A stretch of 50,894 nucleotides of DNA from Pseudomonadota bacterium (GTDB lineage: Bacteria; Desulfobacterota; Desulfobacteria; Desulfobacterales; JBDRRP01), in assembly GCA_043825735.1 (NCBI GenBank), contig JBDRRP010000006.1, positions 1-50,894 of the forward strand, written 5' to 3'. This document shows positions 50,463 to 50,894 of the stretch, one piece after another. Position 1 is the stretch's first letter; every line of letters starts with the position of its first letter. A program made the translations under genes and the position numbers. Under the pieces are notes generated by a model, which worked only from the letters and a program-made list of their open reading frames with translations, was not told the origin of the DNA and did not search any database.

Positions 50463-50894
50463 GCGTTCCCCGCACACGCGGGGATGAACCGCGCATGGTT
50501 GAGGCTATCTACCCGGTTGAGATGCGTTCCCCGCACACGCGGGGATGAACCGCCAGTTTATCATGCTAAATGCGAGCCGGTTGCGCGTTCCCCGCACACG
50601 CGGGGATGAACCGATGTGCGATCACCCGAAGATTCAATCTCAGCGGCGGTCCCCGCACACGCGGGGATGAACCGGTATACCACCCGCAGATTTCAAAAAG
50701 ATGGCGCGTTCCCCGCACACGCGGGGATGAACCGGCGCTGTCTTTTGTCCCGGACGTGACCACAGCGCGTTCCCCGCACACGCGGGGATGAACCGCTGGG
50801 AGTCGCTCCAGAAATGATAATCCAAAGGCGTTCCCCGCACACGCGGGGATGAACCGCGCATCCTGGGGTTTCAAACATGGGGAGACACGCGTTC
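50463..50894 (+). CRISPR. Type I-E CRISPR array (7 full repeats plus 1 partial, 7 spacers; runs off the window)
   Basis: 29-bp GCGTTCCCCGCACACGCGGGGATGAACCG at 50463, 50524, 50585, 50646, 50706, 50767, 50828 and 50889. Confidence 0.98.

Noticed and set aside
50427..50878. Short ORFs over the array
   Set aside because: Artefacts of the CRISPR repeats.

Overview
An entirely accessory window, probably from a Desulfobacterota-like genome (inferred from gene content only). It looks like several islands stacked at one tmRNA/tRNA-type site that lies outside the window; 3'-end remnants sit at ~815 and ~17728. From left to right: (1) a small GIY-YIG gene with REP-like repeats. (2) A ~16.5 kb defence island: an AAA ATPase, an AEP-primase/SF2 helicase, and a largely translationally coupled operon HTH-hsdR-hsdM-hsdS-SIR2(Dsr1-like)-HATPase-STAS-PIN-Fic. 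(3) A ~14 kb array of unrelated co-oriented cargo genes (strictosidine-synthase-like protein, two hybrid kinases, TPR-CHAT lipoprotein, riboswitch-led PEP-CTERM protein, two cupins). These are separated by copies of one degenerate ~50-250 bp repeat, and one unit holds a broken integron piece (intI 3' end plus attC). (4) A satellite-like module (tyrosine integrase, HTH, primase/helicase, AlpA) carrying a two-gene QatB-like/QueC-like system, with an IS4 inserted exactly on its start codon. (5) A complete type I-E CRISPR-Cas locus with the start of its array. The best candidates for undescribed systems are the repeat-delimited cargo array, the QueC-like pair and the HATPase-STAS-PIN triad. All calls come from motif reading by eye; no searches were run.
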